DNA of 62,928 bases, counting the filler, from Octopus bimaculoides (Eukaryota): the NCBI RefSeq assembly GCF_001194135.2. It is 5 parts of 4 records of this genome, joined end to end, with 100 filler letters (N's around TTAATTAATTAA, not from the genome) between each part and the next. Parts side by side here need not be neighbours in the genome. Positions count along the whole stretch, not along the records: positions 1 to 5,758 come from NC_068998.1; positions 5,859 to 29,280 come from NC_068983.1; 3 more parts are not named here. One strand, given 5' to 3'. The position numbers and the translations under genes were made by a program. Below the pieces are notes generated by a model. It was not told the DNA's origin. It saw only the letters and a list, made by a program, of their open reading frames with translations, and made no database searches. Shown here in pieces: positions 1-12,350 of this stretch (within the stretch, counting starts at the first letter, position 1; every line of letters starts with the position of its first letter).

Positions 1-880
1 AAAAAAAAAAAAAAAAAAAAGAAAAAGGAAAAATGGAAGCAACACATTTCAAGAAGAGAAGCTCTCATACTAGATTTTCCAGTCATTCTTGTAACCATTT
101 GTAGACAGTGTGTCTAGTCTTGTGACTCTTTCAGCTCAGTTGGGTATTCCATTGAATTGTTGGTACATAGTCCTATCATGATTCTAATTTTTGAGACTAA
201 TGACAAAAAAAGAGTATAAAGCTGGTGAAATATTTATTGAATTAACCTTTCAACATTCAGATTACTCTGTCAAATGTTATTGCTTATTTATCCAAGTTGT
301 TGTTTTTTTTAATTAATCATGCTTTATCTCGTAGCTCTAAAATGTTGATGATGTGATTGTTTCTTATTTATAACGATATTGTAGGGTATGTGTGAGGCTG
401 GTTCTGCTCAGTTCGGATATAAAACAGGTAGAATATTTTGGATGGATTACATGCTAAAGGGATAAATATCTGTAGAATCTACAGGCATCTATGGATTCCT
501 TTCTATGGATTCCATCTATGGATTCCTTTCATTACTATTTTCTTCTGGTGGACCCCCATAACCGTTCGATGTTTAAAAACTAGTTTTATAGAAACTGCTT
601 TCCAAATTCATATTTTGTTTCTCACACATTAACTTGTGTAGGCTGAACTGTGTAAAATGTTCGAGAAAGAAACCCAGCTGTTTCTTGCAATAAATATTAA
701 TACATACATGTAAAGCAAAATTTTTTCAGGGGCCCTTAAGATACTATTGTGTATCCCNNNNNNNNNNCTGTACCAAATTTTATATGGACCCTCAAGGCTC
801 CTATGGATCCTAGTTGAGAACCATTGGTGTAGATAAATGAAATATCTTAATTATTTTATGCAAATTATATTGAATTATAT

Positions 881-1185
881 GCAGGTGTGTGGCCTAGGGA
901 TCGCACTCATGTTTGCACTCATGTTTGCAAAATCTTAGTTACGATTCCCAGACTGGCAGTGCATAGTGTTTTTGAGCAAAACGCTTCATTTCATGTTGTC
1001 CCAGTCCACTTGGCTGTAAATGGCTAACCCTGAGACAGATTGGCATTCCATTTGGGGGAATGTTGGCCTGTTCACCTAACGAGTGGGGTGGTATCATTTG
1101 AAGGTTACAACAGTGCATGGAAGCACATTGTGACTAGTGGTGTGTGACATCCAATAGTCAGGTTAATATGGTGATACATTGATGT
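881..1185 (+). mobile_element. tRNA-derived SINE, decayed
   Basis: tRNA-like head and the central conserved block (gcaaaacgcttcatttcatgttgtcccagtccac) shared with other SINE copies in the window. Ends in gatg. Confidence 0.6.
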
Positions 1186-1247
1186 TCTATTATGCAGTTA
1201 TTTTACGCAAATGGTAAAAACTAAGTCTTACGTCTTTTATTTTTCAG

Positions 1248-1311
1248 GGGAACAAGCCAAAGGTTTCTTTATGCAATCAGGACTTCCAACTGCTGTGTTA
1301 GGTCAGATATG
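1248..1311 (+). CDS. ITSN: Internal coding exon, EH domain (EH1-like) of an intersectin/Dap160-like endocytic adaptor
   Basis: Pyrimidine tract plus ttttcag acceptor (1241-1247) and gtaagt donor (1312). The 64 nt read (G)EQAKGFFMQSGLPTAVLGQI(W), matching the intersectin EH1 pattern G.QA+.FF.QS.LP..VL.QIW. Phase 1 in, phase 2 out. Flanking exons were not found. Confidence 0.85.
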
Positions 1312-1389
1312 GTAAGTAAGAATTTGAGAAAATTCTCTTCACAAAGTTATAAATCCAGATGTATAACTATATATATATTATCTAGCATC

Positions 1390-1687
1390 TTTCAAGTCTT
1401 GGGCCTCACAGAGGCAACAATGAATGACCGAGACCTTTGGCATTATGCTGTTCTTGAGAAAAGACTCATCAAGCCAAGTAAAATCGCAATTCTGGCAGAT
1501 ACTGGTGTCATGCAAATGGCACCTATGCCAGTGGCACATAAATGCACGCATTACACTCTCAGAGTGGTTGGCATTAGGAAAGGCATCCAACTGTAGAAAA
1601 CCATGCCAAATCAGACTGGAGTCTGGTGCTACCTTCCAGCTGGCCAGCCCTGGTCAAACAGACATTAAATGATGATGATGATGACGA
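1390..1687 (+). mobile_element. SINE 3' portion with (GAT)n tail
   Basis: ggcattaggaaaggcatccaactgtagaaaaccatgccaaatcaga...gacattaaatgatgatgatg resembles a common octopus SINE tail (recalled). Confidence 0.55.
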
Positions 1688-2139
1688 TAACTCTATAGAG
1701 TTATCGTCTTGTTTCAGTCAGTCTTTGAACTTTGGCCGTGTCAGGGCACTGCCTTGAAGGGGTTTATCAAAAACTAAAGATTGTAATGAAAAGTAAAAAG
1801 AAAGATGCTACTGTTTTTGTGACAATAATATTTCATGTTGTATCAATGATCGTTCATTCATTATTGTAATAATAGCATGAGAAAGCAAAATGCTTTCAAT
1901 TTTATCAGTATACAAGTGGCCCTCAAAAAACTTTCTGTGATTCAAGTGGCCTACAAAGTACTTGGAGTTGGCCAGGCCTGATTTAGAGTCTACTCAGTTT
2001 GAAGCATTTGTAGAGGTCCCTAATTTGAGCATGACCTATGAATTATGATTTCCTTCATTTCCCTATCACCAGTTTTTAGAGGTTTTTAAAAAGATCTTGG
2101 GTTGCTGCCCTTGGCTAGGCCAGTGAAAAGAAAAATCCC

Positions 2140-2450
2140 TCTTTCTTTATGACTCCTTTTTCTATGTTTCTTTTTGTCTATCTCTCTGCTTGTTCCTGCT
2201 TTCTTTCTGTTTGTCTCCTCTATCTCTTTATCTTCTCACTCTGTCTTTGTCTCCTCTCTGTTTGTCTGTCTGTCTCCCCCCTCTGTCTCCTCTCTCTCTG
2301 TCCCCCTTTTTGTTTATTGCCTCTCTCTGTTTGTCTCCTCTCTCTCTCTCTCTGTCTCCTTTCTCTCTCTCTGTTTGTCTCCTCTCCATCTCTCTCTGTC
2401 TCTCTCTCTTGTCTCCTCTTTCTGTATGTTGTCTCCTCTTTCTCTCAATC
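2140..2450. repeat. Imperfect (CT/CTGT)n microsatellite
   Basis: Directly visible pyrimidine tract. Confidence 0.95.
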
Positions 2451-2635
2451 ATGCAGCATTACAGAAGTATGTAACACTGCTTGATAGAGAGATAAACATT
2501 TTCAGATAAAGCAAAATCACGAAGTCTGTTAGATATCATTTCTATTTTAATCTCATTTTACCTCGAGATCATGAATTGAGAGGCAAGTTAGGAATTTTGA
2601 AGTTTGCTTATACTTTTGGCACAGCCCAAACCAGA

Positions 2636-3045
2636 TGGGCATCTGCCAAGATCACTTGGAGGTTGAATGCATTCCACCAGCGGTGTCCATGCAGAATACT
2701 CAAGATCACCTCCAGGGATAAAATCACCAACTCTGAAGTCCTGACAAGAGACAATCTGCACAGCTTGCAGGAGACTGGACTGTGGTTGAAAGAAGAGGGA
2801 GACCTGCACATCGATGTTTCCAGCTGCCAGAAGAATGTATACCTAAGAAAAGCTATAAAATAGGTACCACCAGAGGGACAGAGAGAGGGAGAGCCCCCCC
2901 CCCCCCNNNNNNNNNNCCCCCCCCCCATCTGAAGCATCTTTGTGTCACCTGGGAAGATGCTGGTGACTATGCTTAAAACTTGAATAATTGGAAATGTTTT
3001 GCTGTCCAATGTGCAGTTCAACTGTACAGGAAGAACTAATATTAA
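2636..3045 (+). mobile_element. RTE-clade LINE, 3' fragment (RT C-terminus)
   Basis: RLNAFHQRCPCRILKITSRDKITNSEVLTRDNL...RIPKKAIK*VPPEGQRERG, the typical RTE C-terminal motif, with frameshifts. Confidence 0.8.
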
Positions 3046-3059
3046 GACTTATACTCTTG

Positions 3060-3345
3060 GAGTATAAGCAAGTTTGCCTTTCATTTGTCCTTCATTGCTC
3101 CTGAATCGATAAAATAAAGTACTATTCAAGTACTTGAGTTGATTTAAATGACTAACTCTGTCTCCCTAAATTTTTGGTCCTGTGCATGCGTTAGAAGCTT
3201 AATGGTTTGACAAAGAGACCAATGCAATAAGTACTAAACATAAAAAAAGAAAGTACTGGGTCAGTTGTTTTTGACTAAAACTGTCCAAGATGCTGACCCA
3301 GCATGGCTGCTGTCCAATGACTGAAGCAAGTAAAAGATTAAGGAT
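3060..3345 (+). mobile_element. SINE 3' composite, CpG-decayed
   Basis: Homologous to the SINE copies at 10500-10700 (reverse) and 38520-38600, but with TG/CA at their CG positions. Confidence 0.7.
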
Positions 3346-3479
3346 AAAATTCAAGCTGAAAGAACATTATTATTGTTGTTGCTCATTTGTTTGTAATTAG
3401 TTATTAGATCTGTTGATTAGTTTCCTCCATGACTGGTTGCTTAATTAACGTTCCCATTTGTACAAATATTTGATATTTA

Positions 3480-4740
3480 GCAGCTGACACATGACACATA
3501 CATGCATGCAAGTACATGGAAACACACACACATGCAATAACTTATTTATGCAAGATGTGCATGCTCACACATTTATGCAACATATGCACACAACTCATAC
3601 ACATGCTCAGTGATGCAACATCTATGCACACACATGAAAGCATTTATTGATGCTAGATAAACACACACACAGACATAGCACAAGCACACAGATACTCATT
3701 GGTGCAGCACATATGCATACACACATGCACAGTTATATGCAACACATGCACACACACACAACTCAAATACATGCTCAGTGATGCAACATCTATGCATACA
3801 CATGCAAGTGTTTATTGATGCAAGCTAAATATATGCACTTAACACAAGCACACAGATACTCGTTGATGCAGCACATGTACATACACACATGCACAGATTT
3901 GTGCAACACATACACACACAACTCAAACGCACATGCTCACTGATGCAACACATATGCACACACATATCTCTTGCACAGCGATGCTCACTGATGCTGCACA
4001 CATTCATACACATGTACACAGATTTTTCCAACTCGTGCACATGCACGATACACATTAGTATTCACTGATGTTCTATCCATGCACACACACACAGGTGCAC
4101 ACATACACACACAAACATTCATGCATTTATTTATTTATGCAACACATACATAAACACCTCATGCACATGCTCACTGGTGTAGCACACATGCACACTTTCA
4201 CACAAGAAACCTGCATGTTTACTGACATAACACATGCATAAACACTCAGAATACATGTATAGACACTCACATGTACACATGCATACACACATTCAACACA
4301 GCGTTTCAATACACACAACATCCTTGCACATACTCAACATATATACATACATACAAACAGTCACAGAACACGTACATATACCTGCAGAACACACACACAC
4401 ACACACACTCAACACAATGCTTGCACTCATACACACTTGACACAGTGTATGCACATATTCACACACACACACACACACACACGACATAGTGTACACATGC
4501 ACACTCACTATTGACACAATGTACACATGCCTTTACACTACAACACGCATGTATGCACATGCATGTACACATACATCTACACACCTGCACACTCACACAA
4601 AACACAACGCACACATATGCACACCATACCTGCATGACGTACATACATACACACCACTATGCACATATCACAACACACACACACACACACATACTCTCGA
4701 CACAATGTGCAAATCGCAATATGCACACATACATATACTA
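3480..4740. repeat. Degenerate CA/CATG-rich low-complexity tract with a ~165-bp higher-order period
   Basis: caactca..catgctca(g/c)tgatgcaaca recurs at about 3590, 3760 and 3919. Confidence 0.85.
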
Positions 4741-5421
4741 CTATTACTGCTCACAGACTTCACCCATTTGTTCCCTAATTCTATACAAGTGATATGTATA
4801 ACGTATTCCATTATTTCCGACTATTGTCGTTGTTGCGTCTTGTTTTTATTATCTCTGCAATTTATTTCCAATCTTTAGAATCTTCCAGTTAATTTCTTGT
4901 CTGTATTGGTTCTGCCACACACCTTGGATAATTGAAACTAGAATAATTGATCGTTATTATTTTCTTTTCCTTGCTAATTTCTAGAATTTGAATTACATAA
5001 ACACACACAAATAAATAAATAAATATAAATTATTAAAAAAAAAACCCCAGCCCATCTTAATAATTTGAATTACATAAATGGAAAAATTAAAATATCTGCG
5101 TCACCAAAAATGTGAAATTACAACAAAAAGCAAAGAAAAAATACATGTAAAATTTAATGGGTATTAAATGGTATAAGCAGTGCACCAGCATGGTCTTAGT
5201 CCTGAGAACTGAGATTATGTTAAAAGAAAATAAATATGTTTTTAATGTTAGTCTGAGGAGTGGTAGCAATGTTAATATATTTTCCCAACCATTCCTTCTT
5301 CTCTCCTTCTTGCAGCAGTTGAAGCTGTAAGCTTCATACATTAAGATGGTGTAATAGTGTATTGTGTCTAAACTGTATGTTCCATTGGCCAAATAGCTAA
5401 CTATATATATGTATGTATGTA

Positions 5422-5637
5422 TACAAGGGGGTGCTGAAAAGTTTCTGGCTTTATGGGTATCGTGTAAGGCCTGGTTGGAGGCCTAACCTTCTGAGTTTTT
5501 TTACAGGGCTTAGAAAATCTGAAGGACAGCTGCAATAAGCGTGTGAATCTAGGAGGGACACATGTTGAATAAAATCATAATTAACTGATCCTCCTGTATT
5601 TTCTTTCATGCAAAGTCGGGAACTTTTCTGCACCCCT

Positions 5638-5642
<5 letters not shown>
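5422..5642 (+). mobile_element. Internally deleted mariner (MITE)
   Basis: TIRs TACAAGGGGGTGCTGAAAAGTTTCTGGCTTT / AAAGTCGGGAACTTTTCTGCACCCCTTCGT. The internal GLENLKDSCNKRVNLGGTHVE* matches a mariner transposase C-terminus. Confidence 0.8.
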
Positions 5643-5682
<40 letters not shown>

Positions 5683-5706
5683 TATGAAGCTTGCTATATA
5701 TATATA

Positions 5707-5758
5707 TCTACATATATAAAAATGAGAATGTATCTGTCTGTCTGTCTGTCTGTCTGTC
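5707..5758 (+). mobile_element. 5' end of a non-autonomous Helitron-like element (runs into gap)
   Basis: A|TCTACATATATAAAAATGAGAATG followed by (TCTG)n, the same start as the copy at 6791. Confidence 0.55.
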
Positions 5759-5858
5759 NNNNNNNNNNNNNNNNNNNNNNNNNNNNNNNNNNNNNNNNNN
5801 NNTTAATTAATTAANNNNNNNNNNNNNNNNNNNNNNNNNNNNNNNNNNNNNNNNNNNN
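5759..5858. other. Assembly gap marker (44 N + TTAATTAATTAA + 44 N); also at 29281, 36846 and 39966
   Basis: An identical 100-nt format occurs four times; the 12-mer gives stops in all six frames. Confidence 0.95.
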
Positions 5859-5859
5859 A

Positions 5860-6640
5860 TTCTAGAGTTTCTCCTTGTTCATTGCATTTTTCATCGTAAC
5901 CACCTGGCAGCCAGGTACTTCAAGTATGAAGATGTTATGAAATCTGTTCTTGAAATTGTCAGTTTCATACGCTTAAATGGGAAGACTTGCCGACAGTTTA
6001 GAAATTTTATTGAAGAACTGGAGCTTGAAGGTAAACCCAATGATATCACTTTCCACTGCATTGCGAGGTGATTGTCAACCAGCAATGTCTTCAGCAGGTT
6101 TGCTAATCTGTGGGACCCTATTATTACATTTCTTAAAGAAAAGAAAAGATCCTGTCCTCAACTGGAAATAATGAATGGATGCAAGATCTGATGTTCCTTA
6201 CTGATATAATGAATCATCTGCAAACTCTCAACTTCGCACTCCAGGGAAAGAATAAGATTGTTTCTGACCTTACTCAGACAATTTTCAGCTTTCAGAATAA
6301 GATAAGAGTTTTGCAAAGAGATGTAATTGTCAAGAAACTCAATTCACTTTCCCAATCTCAGTAGAAGAATAAATACATTCGCTGGTATTGAAACAAAAGA
6401 CCACAAACTGAAAGAATGCGGAGATAAATTACAAGGTCTGCTCGATAATTTTCTAACCAGGTTTGATGATTTGCGAAAGTTGAAGCTCTGCTTCGCCTTT
6501 CTTGTAAATCCATTTATGGTTGATGTGGTCAATGATGGGTGTCCAATTTTCGAACCTCTTGTTACAGAATCATCTGCTGTGGAAATGGAACTAATGGAAT
6601 TATAGGAGGACCTGGGTCTAAAGATATTCCATAAATTATA
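5860..6640 (+). mobile_element. hAT transposase fragment (SPIN/Charlie/GTF2IRD2-like)
   Basis: HCIFHRNHLAA (CxxH motif), CIAR*LS (RW motif), WMQDLMFLTDIMNHLQTLNFALQGKNK, F...F...L.FL.NPF. Contains stops and a frameshift. Confidence 0.9.
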
Positions 6641-6644
6641 CGTA

Positions 6645-6715
6645 ACTGTTCTGGCTCAATTGGATACACAAGGAACCGTGTTAGCGTTGATATGCGGGTT
6701 CGATTCTAGTCGGAA
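6645..6715 (+). mobile_element. tRNA-derived head (SINE head or tRNA pseudogene)
   Basis: A-box-like TGGCTCAATTGG (6652) and B-box GGTTCGATTCT (6697). No clean cloverleaf. Confidence 0.4.
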
Positions 6716-6790
6716 TTAGCTCATCATTTTTCAGTCAACTGTTTAGATAAATGTCGCTTTAATCGGAGTATAGATATCATTCTTATGATA

Positions 6791-7130
6791 TCTATATATA
6801 TAAAGATGAGAATGTGTGTTTGTCTGTCTGTATGTATGTATGTATACGTGTGTGTGTGTGTGTGTGTCTGTCTGTCTGTCTGTCTGTGTGAATCCCTAAA
6901 ACTTGAGAATTACACAACCAATTTCATTCAAATTTTACACATGCCTTACTTAAGGCCCAGGTAGTGTTTTAGGCCCCAAAACTTCTTAACTTCTTGCCTA
7001 GTGCGATCCCAGTGCAATATCACACCTCCTCCACTATTGCAGTATTACGTGGCAAAAGTGAAACAATAACATCTCTCTATTGTAATGTCAGATATTTTCA
7101 CTTTAATACTGAAACTATTAAAGTGAAACT
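6791..7130 (+). mobile_element. Non-autonomous Helitron-like element, 5' portion
   Basis: A|TCTATATATATAAAGATGAGAATG, an internal TCTG/TG microsatellite, then body sequence. The 3' CTAG end is not seen. Confidence 0.6.
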
Positions 7131-7199
7131 ATTATCTCATATATACAGGCATACATACAGATATACATACTTACATATATATAATATATATATGTTATG

Positions 7200-7236
<37 letters not shown>

Positions 7237-7385
7237 NNNNNNNNNNNNNNNNNNNNNNNNNNNNNNNNNNNNNNNNNNNNNNNNNNNNNNNNNNNNNNNN
7301 NNNNNNGTATATATATATATATATACATGTATATGTATACATGTATATGTATACATGCATATGTATACATGTATATGTATAGATG

Positions 7386-7461
<76 letters not shown>

Positions 7462-9379
7462 TATATGTATACATGTATATGTGTACATGTCTATATAGAG
7501 ATGTACATGTAATATGTACATGTAATATGGCAACAGTGACATCGCAAACTCATTTCTACAGCTGAGTGCACAGGATCAACGTGAAATAAAGTTTCTTGTT
7601 CCCAGTACGGGAATCGAACTCACAACCTTACGGTGTAAGGCCGACACTAATCACTGAACTATATGTCTATGTATATCCCTGTTTTCCTATATCAGAGACG
7701 ACAGATTTGTCTCAACATACGGTTTCCAGTTTACATCTTTACATTTTATTGACAAAGCCAGTGATGCGCAAAACTACGCATTTAGCATTCTCACCACGAT
7801 TTTGGTCTGCTACTTATATATTTGTATAATTTAACACACTTTGTCTATAAGAGATATTACCTCCAGACAAATACTACCGTTAATGTGGTCCTTCGTGATG
7901 TATTTGTATTAAATTACGATACACAAATGGCTGTTTTAATCTAAAACTGCTTCTACTGCACCTAATGGATTTTAATTGAGCCGGCCGGCTAATTGTAACA
8001 TCAGTGATTTCTCAGTCACTTTTTCCCTATATCAGTAACGACGGATTTTTATCTTGAAATGCGGTTGCCAGTGGGTACATGTTGCTGACAATACCCTGTG
8101 ACGAGCAAAGTCATTCGCGAAACTGAGTAGTCACAAGCAATAATTTTCATTTTTATTTTTAACATTTAAAAATCAATGGGCTGAAATTTTATGCAAAGAA
8201 ATCATTGTAGAATAAAGGAACGTGAAAAGAAATGACATCAATCTGCGTAAGAGATTATTAACCAAAATAGACCTAACCTTGCCATGACGCAACCTTGAAC
8301 GAAAATGAGCATTGCCTCCCTCGGTAAAGCCTTCCGGCTAATTTATAGAGATTATGATTTGCCAATTTGGAGCATAGCTAGCTTTCTCAGATCTTATTGT
8401 TTTACTAAGCAGGTAATTACTTTGTTTTATAAATTATCAATTTATATTTCTAATGGGAATTGCTATTTATTTTAGCTAATCAATTAACCCTTTCAGACCT
8501 CAATTATTTATTTATATAGAAAAAAATGATGTCATGATTTAAAATAAGCTCACGCGATGAATTGATAATAACAGCATAATCGCGTGCAAAAATAATTGAC
8601 TTATAGTCAGAAATTTGAAAAATTACCATTTCGATAGAAACCTGAATATGTTTTCACGTGACATGCAAAAAACATGAGTGTGAAATATGGTTCATCATAC
8701 ACTTTAATTCTAACTGATTCCATTCTACACGTCTACAACATTCAGTAAGTATATTGTTCTAATGACAAATCAGAGAAACGGTGTTAATATCCAACTGTCT
8801 GTTTGAAACTCAGTTTGATATCAGATATTTATCAGTTCCTATACGATATTATAGAGTTGAACTAGTTAATTTGTAGGTTAATATATTTAAGTAAAACGTC
8901 GAATGTTCGCTAAGAAAATGTTCTGTTTTATTTCGAAATTGTGTCTAATAAAGTTATTGAATAATTTCAGGTAACCCTGACGACAGCAAGCAACAAAAGA
9001 TTCTAATTCTTTTTTCAATTAAAATTGAGAATGGTTTCTATTCATCATCTACTTTGACAAACCATTCTAAGAAGTACAATTATAACCAGAGATTTCTTTG
9101 GGCATTATTTATTGTAGTACTTTCGGATTAATTGTCTCAATCAACGTCAATAAAAACACAACGAAACTGATTTGCTTCTATTATTCAACCAATCAACTAC
9201 TGAATTTTAATTTTCCCAAGCGGCATTTTGTTTCTTGATTGTATGTCTGTTTTTTTTTTTGTTTGTTTGTTTGTTTGTTTGCTTGTTTGTTTGTTTTTGC
9301 GTTGGGGTCTTTTTTGTAGCAGGATTTGTTAGTTTTATTTTTCCAATCAATTTAGTTGATAGCTTTTGATTTAATTCAT

Positions 9380-9620
9380 TACACTCCTTCCCGAGTCATA
9401 TAGACTCATAAAGCCGGTTTCCCGGTTTCTGTAGCGTATATATTTCCCCGTAGACAGGACACCGGTCCGTCGCAGGATTACTCATTTTGCCAGCTGAGTG
9501 GAGTGGAGCAACGTGAAATGAAATGTTGCGCTTGAGAACATAACGGATTTCCCAGTCCAGGAATCGAAAACACAATCTTACGATCATAAGTCCCGCACTC
9601 CTAACCACTATGCCTGTGTT
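9380..9620 (-). mobile_element. tRNA-derived SINE
   Basis: Reversed tRNA head (ggaatcgaa...ctaaccacta) plus the central block cagctgagtggagtggagcaacgtgaaatgaaatg. Confidence 0.75.
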
Positions 9621-10263
9621 TGTCTTTGTTGACGTTGATTGCAACAATAAAGTACTACAATAAATAAAACTTTCTAGGGGGGGGGGCCATTTGTGACTCC
9701 AAGGGTCAAAAGGGTTGAGAACCTTTGCTCTAGACTAGTCATGGACAAACTGCAAGACTTTCTGAATGACACAGCTAATTCCTTGAGGAAAATAACATGC
9801 ATAATTATTTTTTTAGTAGTGCGGCCCGCCTGATGGTGATTCATATCTCATGAGACCCGCTTCTCAAAAAAGGTTGTCATAGAGAAGAATCGGTGAAGAT
9901 TTAGAAAAAAGTGACTGGACAAATTATTATATTTAATAAAATTAAGATGGTTTTAAACGGTTTGTACTTGTCCAACACCATAGCGAAAAAAAACCAGTTA
10001 TATGAATCCAACTCTCTTTTCCCTTCTCATTAACAAAGAGTAAAATATTTTATCTTTATTTATTTTTCTTTTCTTTTTGTAGGTTAGTTGGTTTGTCCGT
10101 TTGAGAATCGTTAATACCATTTGGTTCAGAAATGCACTTCATAACCACTAGATCACAAATTCGACCTCATTGCACAGTACCCTGGACACTCGTTTTCCAC
10201 ATAGCTTCGAATTGCCCAGTACTTTGGGAATAGAATTTAGAAGACAGAAACTGGATGAAGATG

Positions 10264-10299
<36 letters not shown>

Positions 10300-10494
10300 G
10301 TATTTTAAGTGTAATTTATCAATTCAACAAATATATCGATACAAGCATCAAGCTTAAACAAGTAGTGGGGTTGATATATTCAACTAAACCCTCGAAAACA
10401 ATGCTCCAGCATGTCCGATGACCAAAGACAGAAACCAGTAAAAAGATAAAAAGAGTCTAAGAATGTATTTTTCTATTTATAGATCTTTTGTTGT

Positions 10495-11805
10495 CTTTTA
10501 TCTTTTACTTGTTCCAGTCATTGGAGTGCGGCCATACTGGGGTACCGCCTTGAAAGGTTTAGTCGAACAAATTGACTCCAATACTTCATATTTTTAAGCC
10601 TGATACTTGTTCTGTCGTCACTTTTGCCGGACGCAAACAAACCAGCATCGGCTGTCAAGTAGTAGTGGGAGAATATAGTGCAAACACTAACACGCACGCG
10701 CGCATGCACACACATATATACATACACATACATACATACATACATACATACATACATACACACACATACACATACATACATACATACGTACGTACATACA
10801 TACATACACACACACATACATACATACACACATACANNNNNNNNNNNNNNNNNNNNNNNNNNNNNNNNNNNNNNNNNNNNNNNNNNNNNNNNNNNNNNNN
10901 NNNNNNNNNNNNNNNNNNNNNNNNNNNNNNNNNNNNNNNNNNNNNNNNNNNNNNNNNNNNNNNNNNNNNNNNNNNNNNNNNNNNNNNNNNNNNNNNNNNN
11001 NNNNNNNNNNNNNNNNNNNNNNNNNNNNNNNNNNNNNNNNNNNNNNNNNNNNNNNNNNNNNNNNNNNNNNNNNNNNNNNNNNNNNNNNNNNNNNNNNNNN
11101 NNNNNNNNNNNNNNNNNNNNNNNNNNNNNNNNNNNNNNNNNNNNNNNNNNNNNNNNNNNNNNNNNNNNNNNNNNNNNNNNNNNNNNNNNNNNNNNNNNNN
11201 NNNNNNNNNNNNNNNNNNNNNNNNNNNNNNNNNNNNNNNNNNNNNNNNNNNNNNNNNNNNNNNNNNNNNNNNNNNNNNNNNNNNNNNNNNNNNNNNNNNN
11301 NNNNNNNNNNNNNNNNNNNNNNNNNNNNNNNNNNNNNNNNNNNNNNNNNNNNNNNNNNNNNNNNNNNNNNNNNNNNNNNNNNNNNNNNNNNNNNNNNNNN
11401 NNNNNNNNNNNNNNNNNNNNNNNNNNNNNNNNNNNNNNNNNNNNNNNNNNNNNNNNNNNNNNNNNNNNNNNNNNNNNNNNNNNNNNNNNNNNNNNNNNNN
11501 NNNNNNNNNNNNNNNNNNNNNNNNNNNNNNNNNACATACATACATACACACACATACACATACATACATACATACATACATACATACATACATACATACA
11601 TACATACATACATGCACGCACGCACACACACATACATACATACATACATACATACATATGACGGACTTCTTTCAATTTCCGTCTACCAAATACATACACA
11701 ACGCTTTGATCGAAGCTATAGTGAAAGATACTTGCTCAAGGTACTGAACCCAAGACCACATGGCTGGTAACCAACCTTCTCACTACACAGCCACGCTTGC
11801 GCCTT
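10495..11805 (-). mobile_element. SINE family A with an expanded internal (CATA)n microsatellite spanning a gap
   Basis: 3' half at 10495-10690 and tRNA head at 11659-11805, separated by CATA repeats and N. Same architecture as 30177-30818 and 40714-41000. Confidence 0.75.
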
Positions 11806-11971
11806 AAATTGTCGATATGTTTATACTACCGTTTAATATTTCGTTACCACAAAAACTGTTTATCCAAAATGACATGATATATTCTATGCTATTATTTTCT
11901 TTACCCCGATGTTTATCAAGGTAGTGCCCAACAGCATTTTGGGTGGGACGTAGGTTACTTCAGGATGTTGG

Positions 11972-12280
11972 CACTCCGTCGCTCACGACGTCGTGGGTTC
12001 CAGTTGATCCGAGCAACAGAACAGCCTGCTCGTGAAATTAACGTGCAAGTGGCTGAGCACTCCACAGACACGTGTACCCTTAACGTAGTTCTCGGGGATA
12101 TTCAGCGTCGTGACACAGTGTGACAAGGCTGACCCCTTTGAATTATAGGCACAACAGAAACAGAAAGTAAGAATAGGAGAAAGTTGTGGTGAAAGGGTAC
12201 AGCAGGGTTCGCCACCATCCCCTGCCGGAGCCTCGTGGAGCTTTAGGTGTTTTCGCTCAATAAACACTCACAACGCCTCC
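11972..12280 (-). mobile_element. SINE family B
   Basis: Shares aacagcctgctcgtgaaattaacgtgcaagtggctgagcactccacagacac with copies at 37055 and 51543. Confidence 0.8.
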
Positions 12281-12350
12281 ACAACAACAAATGAATAAAA
12301 CTTGCAATAAAGTTTTGATTAAAACTTCTTTTGAATAGGCATACGCTGTA

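Noticed and set aside
2893-2926. Poly-C tract with N inside the RTE fragment
   Set aside because: Homopolymer expansion or sequencing gap; no evidence of function.
5803-5814. TTAATTAATTAA recurring in the middle of N runs (also 29325, 36890, 40010)
   Set aside because: An artificial six-frame-stop spacer in fixed 100-nt gaps; an assembly convention, not biology.
7991-8008. 17/18 match aattgtaacatcag(t/c)gat also at 27842
   Set aside because: A match of this length is expected by chance in 63 kb of AT-rich DNA.
10518-11747. Long ORFs of HT/YI/CV/MYVC repeats and X runs (here and at 25920, 32160, 41034, 46027, 52342, 53144, 57262)
   Set aside because: Translations of microsatellites and N gaps.
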